Below, piece after piece: positions 16,249-31,139 of a stretch of DNA of 64,000 nt (positions are counted from its first letter, which is position 1; every line of letters starts with the position of its first letter). The translations under genes were made by a program, and so were the position numbers. The DNA is taken from NCBI RefSeq assembly GCF_006345805.1, contig NC_042998.1, forward strand, positions 116,436,001 through 116,500,000, read 5' to 3'. The stretch is from Octopus sinensis (Eukaryota). Under the pieces are notes generated by a model, which saw only the letters and a list, made by a program, of their open reading frames with translations, was not told the DNA's origin and did not search any database.

Positions 16249-17288
16249 TGTGTGTGCGTGTGTGTATACGCACGTTTGTGACAAACCAGAAAACACTATG
16301 TGTCCAAAGCGACGTCTCTTCACGTGATAGATATCTGTTGTTCAGTAAAGCAGTAAATAGAAACATTTGCAAAATGAATCCGACGGGAACATTCCTAAGC
16401 AATCACGATATTTTCCCTCCAATTAACTTGGAGGCAATAAAGAAAGTAACAGCTGAATACCTCAAATGATATAATCAAGAATTTCTTACCTGCGTTCTTC
16501 TATCGTAACGCCTACGTTATGATTATTTTAATTCATCTACTTGTTCTAATCTGCCTGTTTCAGTTTTGCTTTTGTATCTTCGGTGTTGATAATTTCAAAA
16601 CCACCTATTTGCTGGAGTTAATCCAACTAGCTTCATGCCTGTGGCTATGTGTCAATGCAAGTAATCAATATCTTTTCATTGTATATATTTTTTTTAAATA
16701 CGAGTCATGTTTACGTACACGGTCATTTAAACAAGTTAGCTGAGCAAACAACATGCGTCAGGGTTGTTTCGTCAACAAGTGTTTATTTCATTTCTATACC
16801 ATTCAGACATTGTAGAAAGTGATTTTATTTTGGGTCAATAATTGATTAGAAATTATATGTTTAGTGATACGCCACGCATGTCTGCAATATTTACTTGAAT
16901 TGGTTTGTTGCCAACAGCTATACATGTATAGACTATTATAAACATATAAATTGTGCAAAGATTCACATCACAGTTTATTTTGTACATTTTAACGATCAAT
17001 AAAATTCCTTTCACCAATCTGAATAGCTCATAAGACTGTTACTGTTACTTATCAAAGCGTTCCATAGCGTTAAATGGCAGAGCATAAACTCTAACGGTTA
17101 GTAGAACAACAGTTTATTGTGAAGCCACGTTCGGTTTGTTGAATAATTTCCAGTACACAGATCGCAGACCGAAAACACGACATACACACCTGTAAGTTGT
17201 GGCGCCAAATACAACGCATATTTTTCTGACACAATCAATTCAACGTGTGAATATTAAACACACAGCCATACACTCACCCCCACAGATG

Positions 17289-17319
<31 letters not shown>

Positions 17320-18329
17320 GCGCCTGTACGTGTATGCTTAAGTGCTTGTGACTCTGTAAGTGTGTGTATGTATATATGTTTCTATATGTTTGGTGTGTAT
17401 GTAGACGCATGCACGCACAGACAGGCAAACTGACAGACATACATATCATTTTTAGATCTTCTGAAGGTCATGATTAAACTAATCGTGAAATTACATGATC
17501 TATTCAGGAGGCCTAGTCACGTGCCATCTGACGTGCACACTTGACCTAATCACTCATCAACTCTCATCTACCAAGACACAATGTGCATTTATCTGCTAAC
17601 ATTAAAGATGTATCATTTACTTTACAAAGAATAAAAATTCGACCAACCACTCAATTTTAAGGGAAGCAAATTTCAGAGGGGTGACGTTTTAATAATTTTC
17701 TGCCTATAGTGGAAATGGTTATAGCGTCTGCTTCACATGTTATCCAAATTCAACCAGAAAAGAAAAAAATTCCCGAACCTCTAGTCTTAAAATATATTTA
17801 GACCATTGAACTGATTGAAATATTATCGGATTTAACCCAACACAGGACATTGATTTAAATACTCAATAACCAGAAAATAGCTCTCCATCTCTCACATACC
17901 CATCAGAAATAAAACGCAAGCATCGTCAAATTGTGTTATAACAGCTTCAAACACACGTCACCTATCATTAGGCACCACAAGACCAGAATTTTGTGAAGAA
18001 TTTTGTTGAGATGCTGTTTTTCTTTTTAAATCCTTAGGTTATGAGAAATAGGATATAATCATTTCCCCGGTTCTTCAGGCCGTGTGATCGAAATGTTGTT
18101 ATTCATCTAGTACAAAATTGTGCAAATCGGTGTCTACTAATACATAATTCTTGTACACATGGTATTCTACTACGAGGGAATAGGTGGAATGTCTTTAGTG
18201 CATGTTTAGATATTGCGGACCGATTTCTCACATGAGAATATAGGAAGATGAACAAGAGGAGCACGCTGGAAGGAGTGTAGACGCTTGTGTTAACAATCGA
18301 AATTACACACATAAGAAAGCGGTATATAT

Positions 18330-18975
18330 CAGAAAGCTGGGTAAAAAGTAAGCAACGTTTTGAAGAAAGAAATTGAACACAATATATTTTTTAAATGCGC
18401 AACTTTTATTCACCAAAGTTCCATTACAATCAACACATTTTCGACAAGTTACACGTTTGTTTATTCCGGCGGCATTAAAAAATTCGTCGAATGCACTTTC
18501 AGCATTGGTTTGATTGTAGAACTCCTTATCTCTCAGGAAACAATCAGGATGCTTGAAAAAGCGGTAGTCGACAGGAGGAAGGTCTGGGGAATAAGCAGGG
18601 TGTGGAAGAACTTTGTAGCCAAGTTTCCTCAACTTCTGGCACGTTATTAGTGAAACGTGTGGTCGAGCATTGTAATGAAGAATGATTGGCCCTCTTCTGT
18701 TGACCAGTCTGGGGCGAAGGAGTCGCAGTTTTTCTTTCATTTTGGCAATTTCCTGACAGTTTATTTCTGCAGTGATGGTTTTCCGGGTTTTAAGAAGTTA
18801 TAGCAGATTGGTCCATCAGTACACCACTAAAGTTACCATACGATCGAGAAATAGATCGGTCTGGTTATGGAGAAGAAGTGATGAGCAAATTTCACATTTA
18901 CGCATTTCTGATTTTCATTCAAATCGGGTGGCAACCATTTATTGAGACTTTTAGATTTTCTGATCGCATGCAAAG
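18330..18975 (-). mobile_element. Mariner transposase fragment (DD34D catalytic region)
   Basis: WLPPDL (WVPHEL-like), LKPGKTITAE..CQEI..MKEKL...RRGPIILHYNARPHVS...VLPHPAYSPDLPPVDYRFFKH. Confidence 0.92.
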
Positions 18976-18999
18976 ATAGATAGATACAACCCTCTTAAT

Positions 19000-19286
19000 T
19001 ACGAAATAGCCCGACTATGGAAAATGAAGAAGGTGAAGATAGTGCCAACTATTGTTGGCTCCTTGGGAACAGTACCAGAAGGCATTAAGAGGAATCTAAA
19101 GGAAATTCGAATAGAGTGCCCTGTAGAACTGTTACAAAAGTTATGCCTCCTTGGCATGGCCAGAATAATCAGGAAAGCATTAGACAACTGAAAAGAACGA
19201 ATAGCATTGTACTGTAAGCTGCAAATAAAAAGCCCTCTACGCATGGAAGACTCCAGAAGGTTCCACAAACCTGTGATCATGAGAAA
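19000..19286 (+). mobile_element. 3' end of an R4/Dong-like non-LTR retrotransposon (restriction-like endonuclease C-terminus)
   Basis: 19000-19191 translates YEIARLWKMKKVKIVPTIVGSLGTVPEGIKRNLKEIRIECPVELLQKLCLLGMARIIRKALDN*. A short 3' UTR runs directly into (AAT)n. Confidence 0.8.
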
Positions 19287-19540
<254 letters not shown>

Positions 19541-21451
19541 TCTACACTAATAACTTTAGTAAAGCGAATCAGTAAACAGCTACTAGTGCGTAAATATTGT
19601 CAAAATATCGACAGAAACAGAGGTAAATAACCATAGCTAGCTGCACATGCTCCTTGATAATAAGAATAAGCTGTACGTTATACGTTTTTAATTTGTTTTA
19701 TTTTATAAATTTAGAGGTGGACATTATATAACCCAGTACATTTGTGTTATGTTGGAATACGAAATAATTCTCTAACTATATCAAACAAAACCCGTTCACA
19801 CGAAAAACTATTGCTTCTGCCTGCCCGAAAACTCGCGTGCATGTAAACTAATTATTTTGTAGCTATACATTTTGTAACCAAGTGGGTTAATTGTAAACTG
19901 AAGTGAAATGCAGCTTAAAAACAACTTGTTTTATCTTGATTTTTGTTATGAAGCAACTCTTTGCACGTTTCTAGTTTTTGAAACACCACTATTTTCAAAA
20001 TTAATCGTGACGACCTTCCGTTTTTACTATTCAGACATAGTAAATGTATGATTATATTATCCAATAACGTTTTATGGTGAAATTTGAGTGCGACTTCGCT
20101 ACTATTTCTAGCAAGTGAAGCAAACATTTAGGTTCCCTCGACGATTCAACATTAGAGACGTAGCTGCAGAATCATTATCATGAATAGATAATATTGAAAT
20201 TACTCGGCCATTCTCTCCATCTCTTACTCTCTCTCGCTCTATCTCTCTTTTCCTCTATGTCTCCTCCTGCGTAATGGTGCAGCAACCTGCTTAGCGATAT
20301 TCATTCAATATTTCATTTTGACAATTGAAACAGTCAACTTTTATGTAGAACATATTAAGCAGCACAATAACTGCTTCTTTTGTGCATAATACATTTAAAT
20401 TTTGCAAGCGTTACCACTCTTCTTGTGTAATAATATTACAGCAGCCGAATGCACTATATTTTAATGATAGTGTTAAAAGTTTTAAAACCAGGTATAATAG
20501 CAAAGAGGATAATATACCTAAGCATGGACTGAAGTTGAAATTATCAATATCTGTGACAATAAAATAGACGTAAACATGTATACACTGCCACAAGACGAAC
20601 TCTTTCTGCTCGCGTTCCCTCAATCTACACAATAGAATTAATATCTCGATTTAATGTTTAATAGAAATGATTTATTCATGAGAAATTATTTTATTATCTA
20701 TCAATGCCATTCTTAAAGATTATTGATTTCACTGGGAGTAAATTTTAGCATATTTCATAATTCATAAAATTGTGATAAGAGAAGAGATGATAAACAGTAC
20801 AATATTAATGTAAATTTAGCAATAAAAACATTCTGTTATAGTATTCCTTACAATAAATGCCACAGCTCAGCGTTTTTGAAACAATATGTTGTGACATCAG
20901 AACAATTTTTAATGGTTTTACCATAGTTTTGAGTGATTATCTCAAAGTGTATAGCGAAATAATGGAGAGATCCATGTGAAAGAAGTTATTAACGAAACAA
21001 TTCAATAAAACAGGAAATGACTAAAGAAAAAAATTCCACTATTCACTCACTCATTGACATGTACACGGTCACATATCTCACACATATACACACATAAACA
21101 TGTATGTACATAAGTAGACTTATTGTTGATGCTACATAGAATATAAATAGCAAGGTAGCAATCTTAAAGATGAGTTAAATGCTTCTTGAATGATCTTTTT
21201 AAAGTAATGTCATGCAATATATAAATGTTCCTGTCTGAATTTCTGTGAAGGATGAGGAGGAGTGTTTCACGTTCTGGCTAAGTTTATTATGTAAAATAAT
21301 TTAACACAATGCCTAATTTCTTCAATATGTGCGAATTTGTATCTTGCCATTTTGAATGATGTTAGAAATATTAATATACATCGTGAGATGTATATGTATT
21401 ATACATCTGTGTAATGCATATTGAATGTAATGTGTATGCGTCCGTCAATGC

Positions 21452-21488
<37 letters not shown>

Positions 21489-21489
21489 C

Positions 21490-21558
<69 letters not shown>

Positions 21559-21572
21559 CATATATACATACA

Positions 21573-21605
<33 letters not shown>

Positions 21606-21606
21606 G

Positions 21607-23640
21607 TCTGCCCAAAACAACAGAAACAAATTCAGTTTTACTAAGGTTTGATGTGGTAAGCCTCTACACCAATATTCCACACGATTTAGGAATAAAGGCG
21701 ATTAAATACTGGTTAGTAAAACATAGAGAAGTGATTCCCAGCAGATTCACAGTGCCATTTATCTTAGACACAGTCAAACTTATTCTAGAAAATAACACAT
21801 TCTTCTTCAATGGAAAGAATTACATCCAAATTAGAGGCACGGCGATGGGAACGAGGTTTGCTCCCGTTTACGCCAACTCTGTAATGGGATACTTAGAACA
21901 ACAACTCTACCAAGAGGTGGAGGTAAACTATGGCACTGGATTTAGAAAATATATTGAAAAGGCATGAAAGAGATACCTAGACGACTGCTTCATAATCTGG
22001 ACAGAATCTCTAAATACTCTGGAAGAGTTCAATATCCTCCTGAACAACCTACACCCATCTCTCAAATTTACAAAGGAGATGAGTAGTACCAAATTACCAT
22101 TCCTGGATATAATGGTAATTAAAAAAGACACCACCATCACCACAGATATATACTATAAACACACAGACACACATCAATACCTAAATTTTAAGTCGTGCCA
22201 TCCACCACATACAAAACGTAACATCCCATACTGCCTAGCCAGAAGAATTTGTACCATTGTAGAAGATGAAAATATCAGGAACAAACGCCTAATAGAACTA
22301 AGAGAATTTTTGCTCAAACAAAAATACCCATCTCTACTTATAGAAAATGGCATACAGCGGGCTATAAAAATACCCATACAACAACTTAGGACAACCCAAG
22401 GAAGAGAAAAACAAGAACAAGTCATACCATTCATAGTGACACACAACCCATGTCACCAGAATATCTTCAACATTGCCAAAGCAAACCTACCAATCATTGC
22501 CCAAAGTAATGAATTAAAAGACATAATCACGGATCGAGCTATGGTGCTTAGTAAAAGACAGCCTAAAAACTTGAAAACATTACTAAGAAAGGCAAAATTT
22601 GACCTCAGCAACAAAGACCAAACATTCACGGTATCTAAATGCAATGATAGCCGATGTGACACATTCCAATTCATACATACCGGTCAATATATAAGCACAA
22701 AAACCGGGAAAATATTCACAAACGCTAATATGAACTGCAAAAGCAGAAATTTAATTTACTGCATCAAATGCCCAAATTGTGAAGAAATATATGTAGGTCA
22801 GACGGGAAACGCACTATTAGAACGCTCACGTGTACACCGGCAACAGATTAGAGACCCAGAGGTCCGTCAGATACCTTTGAGTAACCACCTAGCAACATGT
22901 GGCCGGAAAATGTATATAATATTTCCGTTCTACAAATTACACAGCCCAAGTGAAATCGAGAGGAGAATCAGAGAAAATAATTTTATTGATAAATTCGAAC
23001 CCAAGCTAAATAAGCAATAATAATAATACTTAGAGGTATTACTTCCACTGCTACGACCATGACCACTAACAACAGCAACAATACTAAAGGTGATCAAGAT
23101 GAAGATAGCAGGAAAATTATCTTATTTAGGGTTAAAAGTTTTATTGCCACCACCATCACCACTAGCAACAATAATTAAGGTGCTAACAATGATGATGATG
23201 ACAATTGAAATATAAAAATATAAAAATCTCTGACAAAGGATATTTACAACATTTCTAAAAATAACCCAACAATTGCTGCTTCGGCCAGGGTCAAGATACA
23301 GGACTCTTGACATGTCCAACAAAGCGTGATGCCTAAATCAATCAGCTCAACCAACCAATCAGCTTAAGTAATTCAGTGATACTACACACTGATTGGTCAG
23401 AATACAGTTTGTAAAACCTAGCACTCTGGAGCCTACCCAGCTGTATTTATTGCACAGAATCAATCATCTTGCCACAGTCAAAAATTGTGAAGCATGACTG
23501 TCAACACTACTACATGAACCCGAAGATTGCAGAATTCAATGCATGAAAGTACTAGTTCAATCAGAATGAACATTTAACATTCTACTATTTCATTTTATTT
23601 TATTCAATTATAATATATTATCTTATAATATATCATTATA
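21607..23640 (+). mobile_element. Penelope-like retroelement (5'-truncated): RT + GIY-YIG endonuclease + 3' pseudo-LTR with hammerhead
   Basis: One reading frame from 21605 to 23020 broken only by TGA at 21965-21967 (AWKRYLDD becomes A*KRYLDD). Motifs [77 protein letters not shown]. Both ends lie next to (TA)n runs. Confidence 0.95.
23515..23559 (+). ncRNA. Minimal type I hammerhead ribozyme in the Penelope pLTR
   Basis: tgaac CCGAAGA t-tgca-gaattcaa-tgca-t GAAA gtac UA^ gttca. Stem I is 5 bp, stem II is 4 bp, and stem III is the palindrome AGTACT. The core has a U4C deviation. Confidence 0.75.
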
Positions 23641-23689
23641 AGATTGTAAATAAAACGTGAAAATCAGACATGGTTGGAATTATTTTTAT

Positions 23690-23739
23690 TAATATATATA
23701 TATATACATGTACATATATATGTATACATATATATATAC

Positions 23740-23770
<31 letters not shown>

Positions 23771-23874
23771 CATACATATACATATATATATACATATATA
23801 TATACTTATATATATACATATATATATATATAATATATATATATATATTATATATATATATATATGTATATATT

Positions 23875-23905
<31 letters not shown>

Positions 23906-24010
23906 TATATATATATATATACATGTACATATATATGTATACATATATATATACATACATATACATATATATACATATATATATACATACATATACATAT
24001 ATATATACAT

Positions 24011-24085
<75 letters not shown>

Positions 24086-24086
24086 T

Positions 24087-24118
<32 letters not shown>

Positions 24119-24135
24119 ATATATATATATACATG
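23690..24135. repeat. Long degenerate (TA)n/(TACA) microsatellite; one of many TA/CA/GATA runs in the window
   Basis: Directly visible; explains the YIYI-type ORFs. Confidence 0.95.
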
Positions 24136-25123
24136 TGCGCGCGCGTGTGTGTGTGTGTGTGTTTCCTTCTGTATGTGTGCGCATGCGTGTATGCGGTTTC
24201 GTGTACAAGCGAGAATGTTCACTCATCACTTGCTGTAGGATTTTAGATGTTCTCAGATGGATTCTCTTCATGAGAGTATTATTCTATCTGTTGATTTTAG
24301 GCCATATCATATAAGCGAAAGCACATAGCAGAATTGTTATATATTGAGTTCAATCACCTGCTTTGAAAGAATAAAGCTCAATCCAGAAATTAAAAGACAC
24401 TGGTAACTGTTTGGCAGCTAGTGGCATGAAATGCTCACTAATCCATAGTTGAATATGTACAAATATTAATGGCACACAGATGCCTCTCAAAAGAATCAAG
24501 TAGACATAGAAAAAAGTCGAAAAATAATGTGTTCATGTGTATGTTTACAAACAGAATAAATTCTTGTTCGTGCAATAATTGGAGTTTGTAATCGTATTCA
24601 GTAAAAATCCCAGCAATTTGTGAACACAAAATGGGACATGAAGCACCATCGAAATTCAGCGAGAAATGATTTAAAATTTTTGTTTAAAATATTGTTATTT
24701 GGTCGTATTTTCGAATAATACGTTAAAGAATATAATTTGATCTTTCTTTGTATTTTATACGCGTGTCATAGATCAGGCGAGAGAACTCACCACGGATACA
24801 ACCTCACTTGGATGCATGGCATCTAGCATAAATAGTGAGTTTTCCTTAAGCGCTATTGGGAAGCAAATAGGGTGAATAAACATAATATATATTGTGTACG
24901 TGTGACTAATAATGTTTACTTTAGTAGTGGTGCTTTTAATTAGTAATTTATTATATAAGCGTGTGGGAGGTGTGCGTGTGTTTGTGTGTATGTTGGATTT
25001 GAGTGCGAAAGTGGGTTCTGTGTATTTTTGGATATATTTATTCCATCCGCGTACTTTGTGGCAAAGTGGCTATGAAGGATATAAATACGATTTTGAATAA
25101 GAAATGTGTTTCAGTGAATATGA

Positions 25124-25160
<37 letters not shown>

Positions 25161-25318
25161 CTTGTGCCTCCAAAGTGGAAGCAATATTATCGATAATGGC
25201 TGACCTTTCCCTCGACACACTGACTGATGAACTGAAGTAGATTGGCGACCTATGATTTCCGTTCGGCTGTGTATATAGTATATGTCCGTATGTTTATTTT
25301 CGACACGTTTTTCAAAAT

Positions 25319-25394
<76 letters not shown>

Positions 25395-26795
25395 CATATG
25401 TATATATATATTAATATATATGTATGTGTACATATGCATATATATACATAGCGGTTTGTCATATGTTCCATTTGCATTTTTATTTAATCCTTAATATACT
25501 ATTTATGTAGCGCACGCACTCAATTTTTTCACCCTGTATATATATATGCATATGTGTAAGTTCCTATGTATATATGTGCGGGTGTTTGAGTATGCATACA
25601 TATTGTTAGTTGATGCTTTCTTTTACAATGTTTCTGAAGACGAATGATTACATCTGAGATTATTAATCAGAAATATTATCTTTATTAAACTTTTATATAG
25701 TGTACTTGGAATATTCCTAAAGTGAAGTTATATGAAATTATCCATTGATTTTTTAGTAGTAATAGAATGTGTTGCCATATTTCTCGGTGCAGACCTCTCA
25801 AATATAATATGGTGCACAATTTAATTGTAATTCTTCTCCCCACAATACGATATACTTTTGTACTTCTTTTTATACATCTGTCTGAAGGAGTGACATATTC
25901 TTACTACCTTACGCGAATTCACACAATGTAAAATGTGTACTTATGGAGTGTCGCAAGATACACAATGAATTGGCGAAAGAACTGATAAACGAAATATATT
26001 CACATTACAAAACGTTCACGTTGTTAAGAATAATATCAATATCATTCATAAAATTCAAAGTTTTTTCAAACATCTTGATAATTATATTGCCTGTAGGATA
26101 TCAGCTTAAAAGGTGTGGCAACAGAGTTACTCGATGATGCTTTTCAATGGAATAAATTTACGTATGTGAAATAAACAAAAATATTATTGATTAGATTCGA
26201 TTCGGATGTTTTTGATGCGTACTGGTCCCTTGCAATGCTTTGTTTGTAATTACGATCGTTTGTATAAAAACCTGAATTAATCCATTTAGTTTTAGAGAAA
26301 TGAAGCAAATATTCCATATTATCTAGTATCTATGTACATATATATATATCGACACAATATTCCTAGACAACATAGTCGTAGTTCTACCCATTTAATGCCA
26401 AAAATCTGAAAGCTTATATAGTTTCAAACAATGAAACTCGTATTTATACATGCATGTTAAATATGGTTTCCATTACATTGAATACGGTGAATGAGCTTTC
26501 ACAAGACTATATACATTGTTTGTATCGAGGATAATTTTCTGCATGGCGTATGTTTTCCAACTGGTTATTTTGAGCTTCAAGCTAAAGCAAAGAAAAATTT
26601 TTTTTATCTTTTCCCGTGATAAAATTAAAAGTAAATGGCAGTTGTATTGAAACATCTGCGTAATTTTTATCTGAACATTCGTTTCAAACGTGAAATAATT
26701 TCACAAATATTCGTAATGCCAAGGTTTGGATTATGTTTGTGTGAATCCATTTATTTCCTTACCTAAGTAAGTAGACATACACCTCAAACACAAAT

Positions 26796-26873
<78 letters not shown>

Positions 26874-29800
26874 TATATATATATGTACGTATATATGTAT
26901 ATATATATATATACATATATGTATATACATACAAACATATATATATATATTCATCAAAATGAATTTGGCCAGATATATTATCAAGACGGACACCGTCCTA
27001 GATTTCAGTTAAGATCCAGTTAATGGCTAAATACACCGCTCAGTATTTTTCATCTGTGTCTACATATAATTCTTAGTCAGTCAGTGAATTCTTTCGATGG
27101 ATAATTCCCTGTACTCTTCAGTGGATGGCAATAACTGTCTGGTGTAATAAAGAGTATGGAAACTTGTTCATCCACAAAATTTATTTTATAGTTTTATGCA
27201 GCAGATTATAATGAGTGAGCGATGATATTTTTTTATAGTTGATATTTCGATACGCTACTTCATTCTTTTGGGGTCACAGCTAGTATGAGCTGCATTGATC
27301 TTCATTACAATATTCTGTTTGTAACAATAAAATAAATCTTGTGGATGATCAAGTCTTCATACTCGTTATTAAAATATATATATATATATATATATATGCA
27401 GATACATGCACACTTACATATATCTTCATAGAAACACACACACATACATAGATAATATACATATATAGATCGATTAAATAATATATGTATTGTAGAAATA
27501 TGAGCATAGAAATACATTGCAATCCTCAAGCACAGGTAAACACAAGCATATATGTATTTATTCATACAGATGTATAGACTTCCTGGGGAATATCATAAGT
27601 AGAGAAAGAATTGCATACAATCATACGCATGTTTGCCGAAGCTGAAGGCAATTTGATCGATCAATATGAACTATAATTGGTAATGTTGATATTCACAACA
27701 TTTAGAAATGGGTTAAAGATTTGGATTATTTTGGCATAGAAAATATTGCACAAGATATTGCGGAATATATTAATGATTAAAGAATATGAAACGGATTTTG
27801 CTTTGAATTGTAAACAACTATTGAAAAAAGAAAAGAAAAACGCTAAGTATTTCACATACAACCAAAGAAAAAAATTATTTATATAAAAAATATAACTGTA
27901 CAGATATCCCGATTTAACAACATCAATCATAGGAAATGTAAAAATATCTTACTTCTTCTAGTGAATTCATACATACATATACATACATATATATATGAGG
28001 TGTGTGTGAGTGTGTTTGTGGGTATGGGTGGTGTAAACACGTACGCACACGCACACACAGATATATATATTCCCATTTAAGCAAGCAAGAAATGTACGCG
28101 TTTAGAAAAACATCGATTTAAGCGCATGAATAAGTATATTTGATACTTCTTTACGAAACCTCATTCTTTTGGATTCCCTGCTAATGTGAGTTGCATTGAT
28201 CTTTATCATGGAGTCGGTGTGATTGTCCAATGGTGCCCGAATTTTTGTAAAGGGAAATTGAGTGGAATTTCTGCGAAGAGCTGATTATGTTTTCGCTTCG
28301 TACATATAATCACCTGCTTAAAACTTCATATGGAGTCCTTAAATAAAAGAAAATTAATCACATACTCGTTCACTAAATGGTTATTCGTTCTTCGAATTTC
28401 TAGTAATATGTACCATATATGTAAAATTAGAGTAGCACCTAATTTTAGAAGTCCCTCCAATCAGAATTGAGTTGCATTCTTTGTTATTTTGTGGTTATCC
28501 ATGAAATTATTTTAAAATGTCTAATCTAAAAATAGCATCATTTCTCGTTTACTACACTGAAATTACAAAGAAATAAAACAGCTGAAACCAAGAGAGATTT
28601 CATACAAATAGAACAGTAGTTTTCTTTTCTAGTTAGTTTCTTCATACACATATTGGCATTAGACAACTAGCGCTTATCTTTTCAATGACCATAATTATAC
28701 GATGTGTCAAATCTACGCATTTTAATTGCTTGAAATACGAAGTTCCAAATTACGTGAAATACAATGCAGTCTTCCTATTTTATAGTAGCTTACATCTAAT
28801 GTCATTATTAGAAATCACAAGAATCTTAAAGATAAATATTTTACAAAGAGGTTACGCTCAACTAACAGCAATCGAATCAATATTTTCTAAATGGCCACCT
28901 GAGAATTTTCTGTTCTCATGTACGACGAAGTAATTATAGCGAAACTTAATAAGAAAATAACAGGAGCCAATATGAAAATTTGCAGAGGCAAAATAGCGTC
29001 AGGTGCAAAACCCTACAACGGTGAAAATGTAATTGGAATATTGTAAATTGGATTCGTGATTAAAACTTAATATCATTTAGTGGAAAACTTAAATGAAACA
29101 TAGTACTAAAATAATGAATTAAACGGTAAGTGAATGTAACGAAACTAGTAAACTGACAATTGGAAAGTAAAATCTTCAATCCTAAGGACAAAACACGATT
29201 TTTGTACAATAATAATTTCTCTACATGCTGACAATGGAACGCATTCTTTAATGGAAATGAAATTGCAGTTTTAAAAGATTGCTAAATCAGTAAAGCATCA
29301 AACGAAACGAGGAGTGGATTAAAATATTATAAAATCATAGCTAATCAAAATCGTGATCGTGACGGTGCACATTTTCTTTGAAAGGAAACGAACAATCGAC
29401 ACAATATTCAAAACTGGAGTAATTCAATCATCCACAACATACTAAACCAAAAAGCGAACATATTTAAATATTAGAAAAAATATGCCTCAAGAACTATTAG
29501 CACAATGTAATTGATCACAAAATATATAGAATAGGTAATTATGTAAACCATTTGCATAGTGTTTTAGAACCAGTGCTTAAAATTTAGAATTGCTTGTTTA
29601 CTAAATTCATTTTCTTTTCATAATCTTAAATATATTAATTAAGTAGTGTTTTTCATTTAAATGTTATTTTAAATGATGTTATTTCTGGAGCATTATCGAG
29701 TTTACAAAATTTCAATTACACTTTCACCGTGGTAGCATTTTGCATATGATGTTATTGTGCTTCTTGCAATTTTCCCGTTAGCTCTTGTTATTTACTCCTT

Positions 29801-30642
29801 AAGTTTTGATACAATTTCGCTGATATACTTGAGAACTGAAAATTATCACGGATAATTTCGGATATATTGATTTCACTACCGACTTAAAACCTACTTCTTA
29901 GTAAAATATTTCTCAGTAGCCTCATTTTGTTTTTAATAGTGTTATTATATATGTACAGCTATAAAAGTAGAAGACTGCATTTTTCAAAATCTTTTGTGGC
30001 GTAATATAATTAAAATACATGGTTTTAATACGGTGTAACATTTCTTAATATTTCTTTGCTCTATTTTATCATACGTCCATTTTTTCCATTCACTTCAAAT
30101 TTAATACATATCTGTTCTTCCCTGTAAAATGACTATTATTCGGTTTGAAAGCAAAACATACACCGTGATATAATACATAAAATATGATTTGCATCAATAA
30201 AGGTTTCAAATTTATTCATAAAGCACGAACAAGAACAATTAATAATTAGTTCTTCAGCATATAAATATACCACTAATTTAGCTGTATATAACAGCATGCA
30301 TGAATCAAAGATACACACACCAGAGCAACGTGAAAATATTCATATGTCATATTTGTTTGTGGTGTGTATTCTTATCTACATATGTGTCTGCATCTCTCTC
30401 GCTCTCTCTCTATTTCTTTCTATCTCTCTATCTATCAATCTATCTATCTTTGCGTGTATGTGCGCTTGACTATATGCTTAGCTTGTGTTTTTGTGTCTAT
30501 ATATGAGTTTGTTTATTACACTTTTTCTACCTGTCTTTATATAATTGTTTTATTACTCGTTTATATATTTTTAAATTCATTTTTTAGCATTCTCTTTTAG
30601 TATGTGTATATGTGTCCTGTGTTAAGTGTATATGGATTTATG

Positions 30643-30677
<35 letters not shown>

Positions 30678-30737
30678 GTATATATATATATATATATATA
30701 TAGATATATAGATATATATATATATATATGTAAATAG

Positions 30738-30794
<57 letters not shown>

Positions 30795-31139
30795 ATATAT
30801 ATATTTGTATGTGTATGTGTGTGTAGGTGTGGGTGTGTGTATGTGTGTGTATTAGAAGGTTTGGAGATGATGTACAGGTGTTTTATATTAGAAGAAATGA
30901 GGTACTCAGAAATTAAAATGGTTTTATATTTACAGATATTTATTTGTATATTACATGTTTTTATACATCATACATCATGTATCATATATTAGCGCATTAT
31001 TCCATTCTAGTGGAGTTGTCAAATTGAACTAAGTTCTTGTAGGAATTGTGACCCTTTTTATAGTGTTATTGAGTGTGTAGTGGTAGGGAGGGATATGAGA
31101 TAGTACAGGGGGGTGATGAATGGGAAGAAAGTGAGAGAG

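Noticed and set aside
16485-16660. Strong minus-strand donor CAG|gtaaga at about 16491
   Set aside because: The upstream sequence has stops in all frames and no receptor similarity. A non-coding exon cannot be supported.
25160-25290. Minus-strand peptide [16 protein letters not shown] resembling the next receptor exon
   Set aside because: There is a stop in the required phase after the only nearby AG, and the similarity is weak.
30960-31030. Possible hammerhead at the far 3' end of the minus-strand Penelope copy
   Set aside because: Neither CUGANGA nor GAAA is recoverable; too decayed to call.
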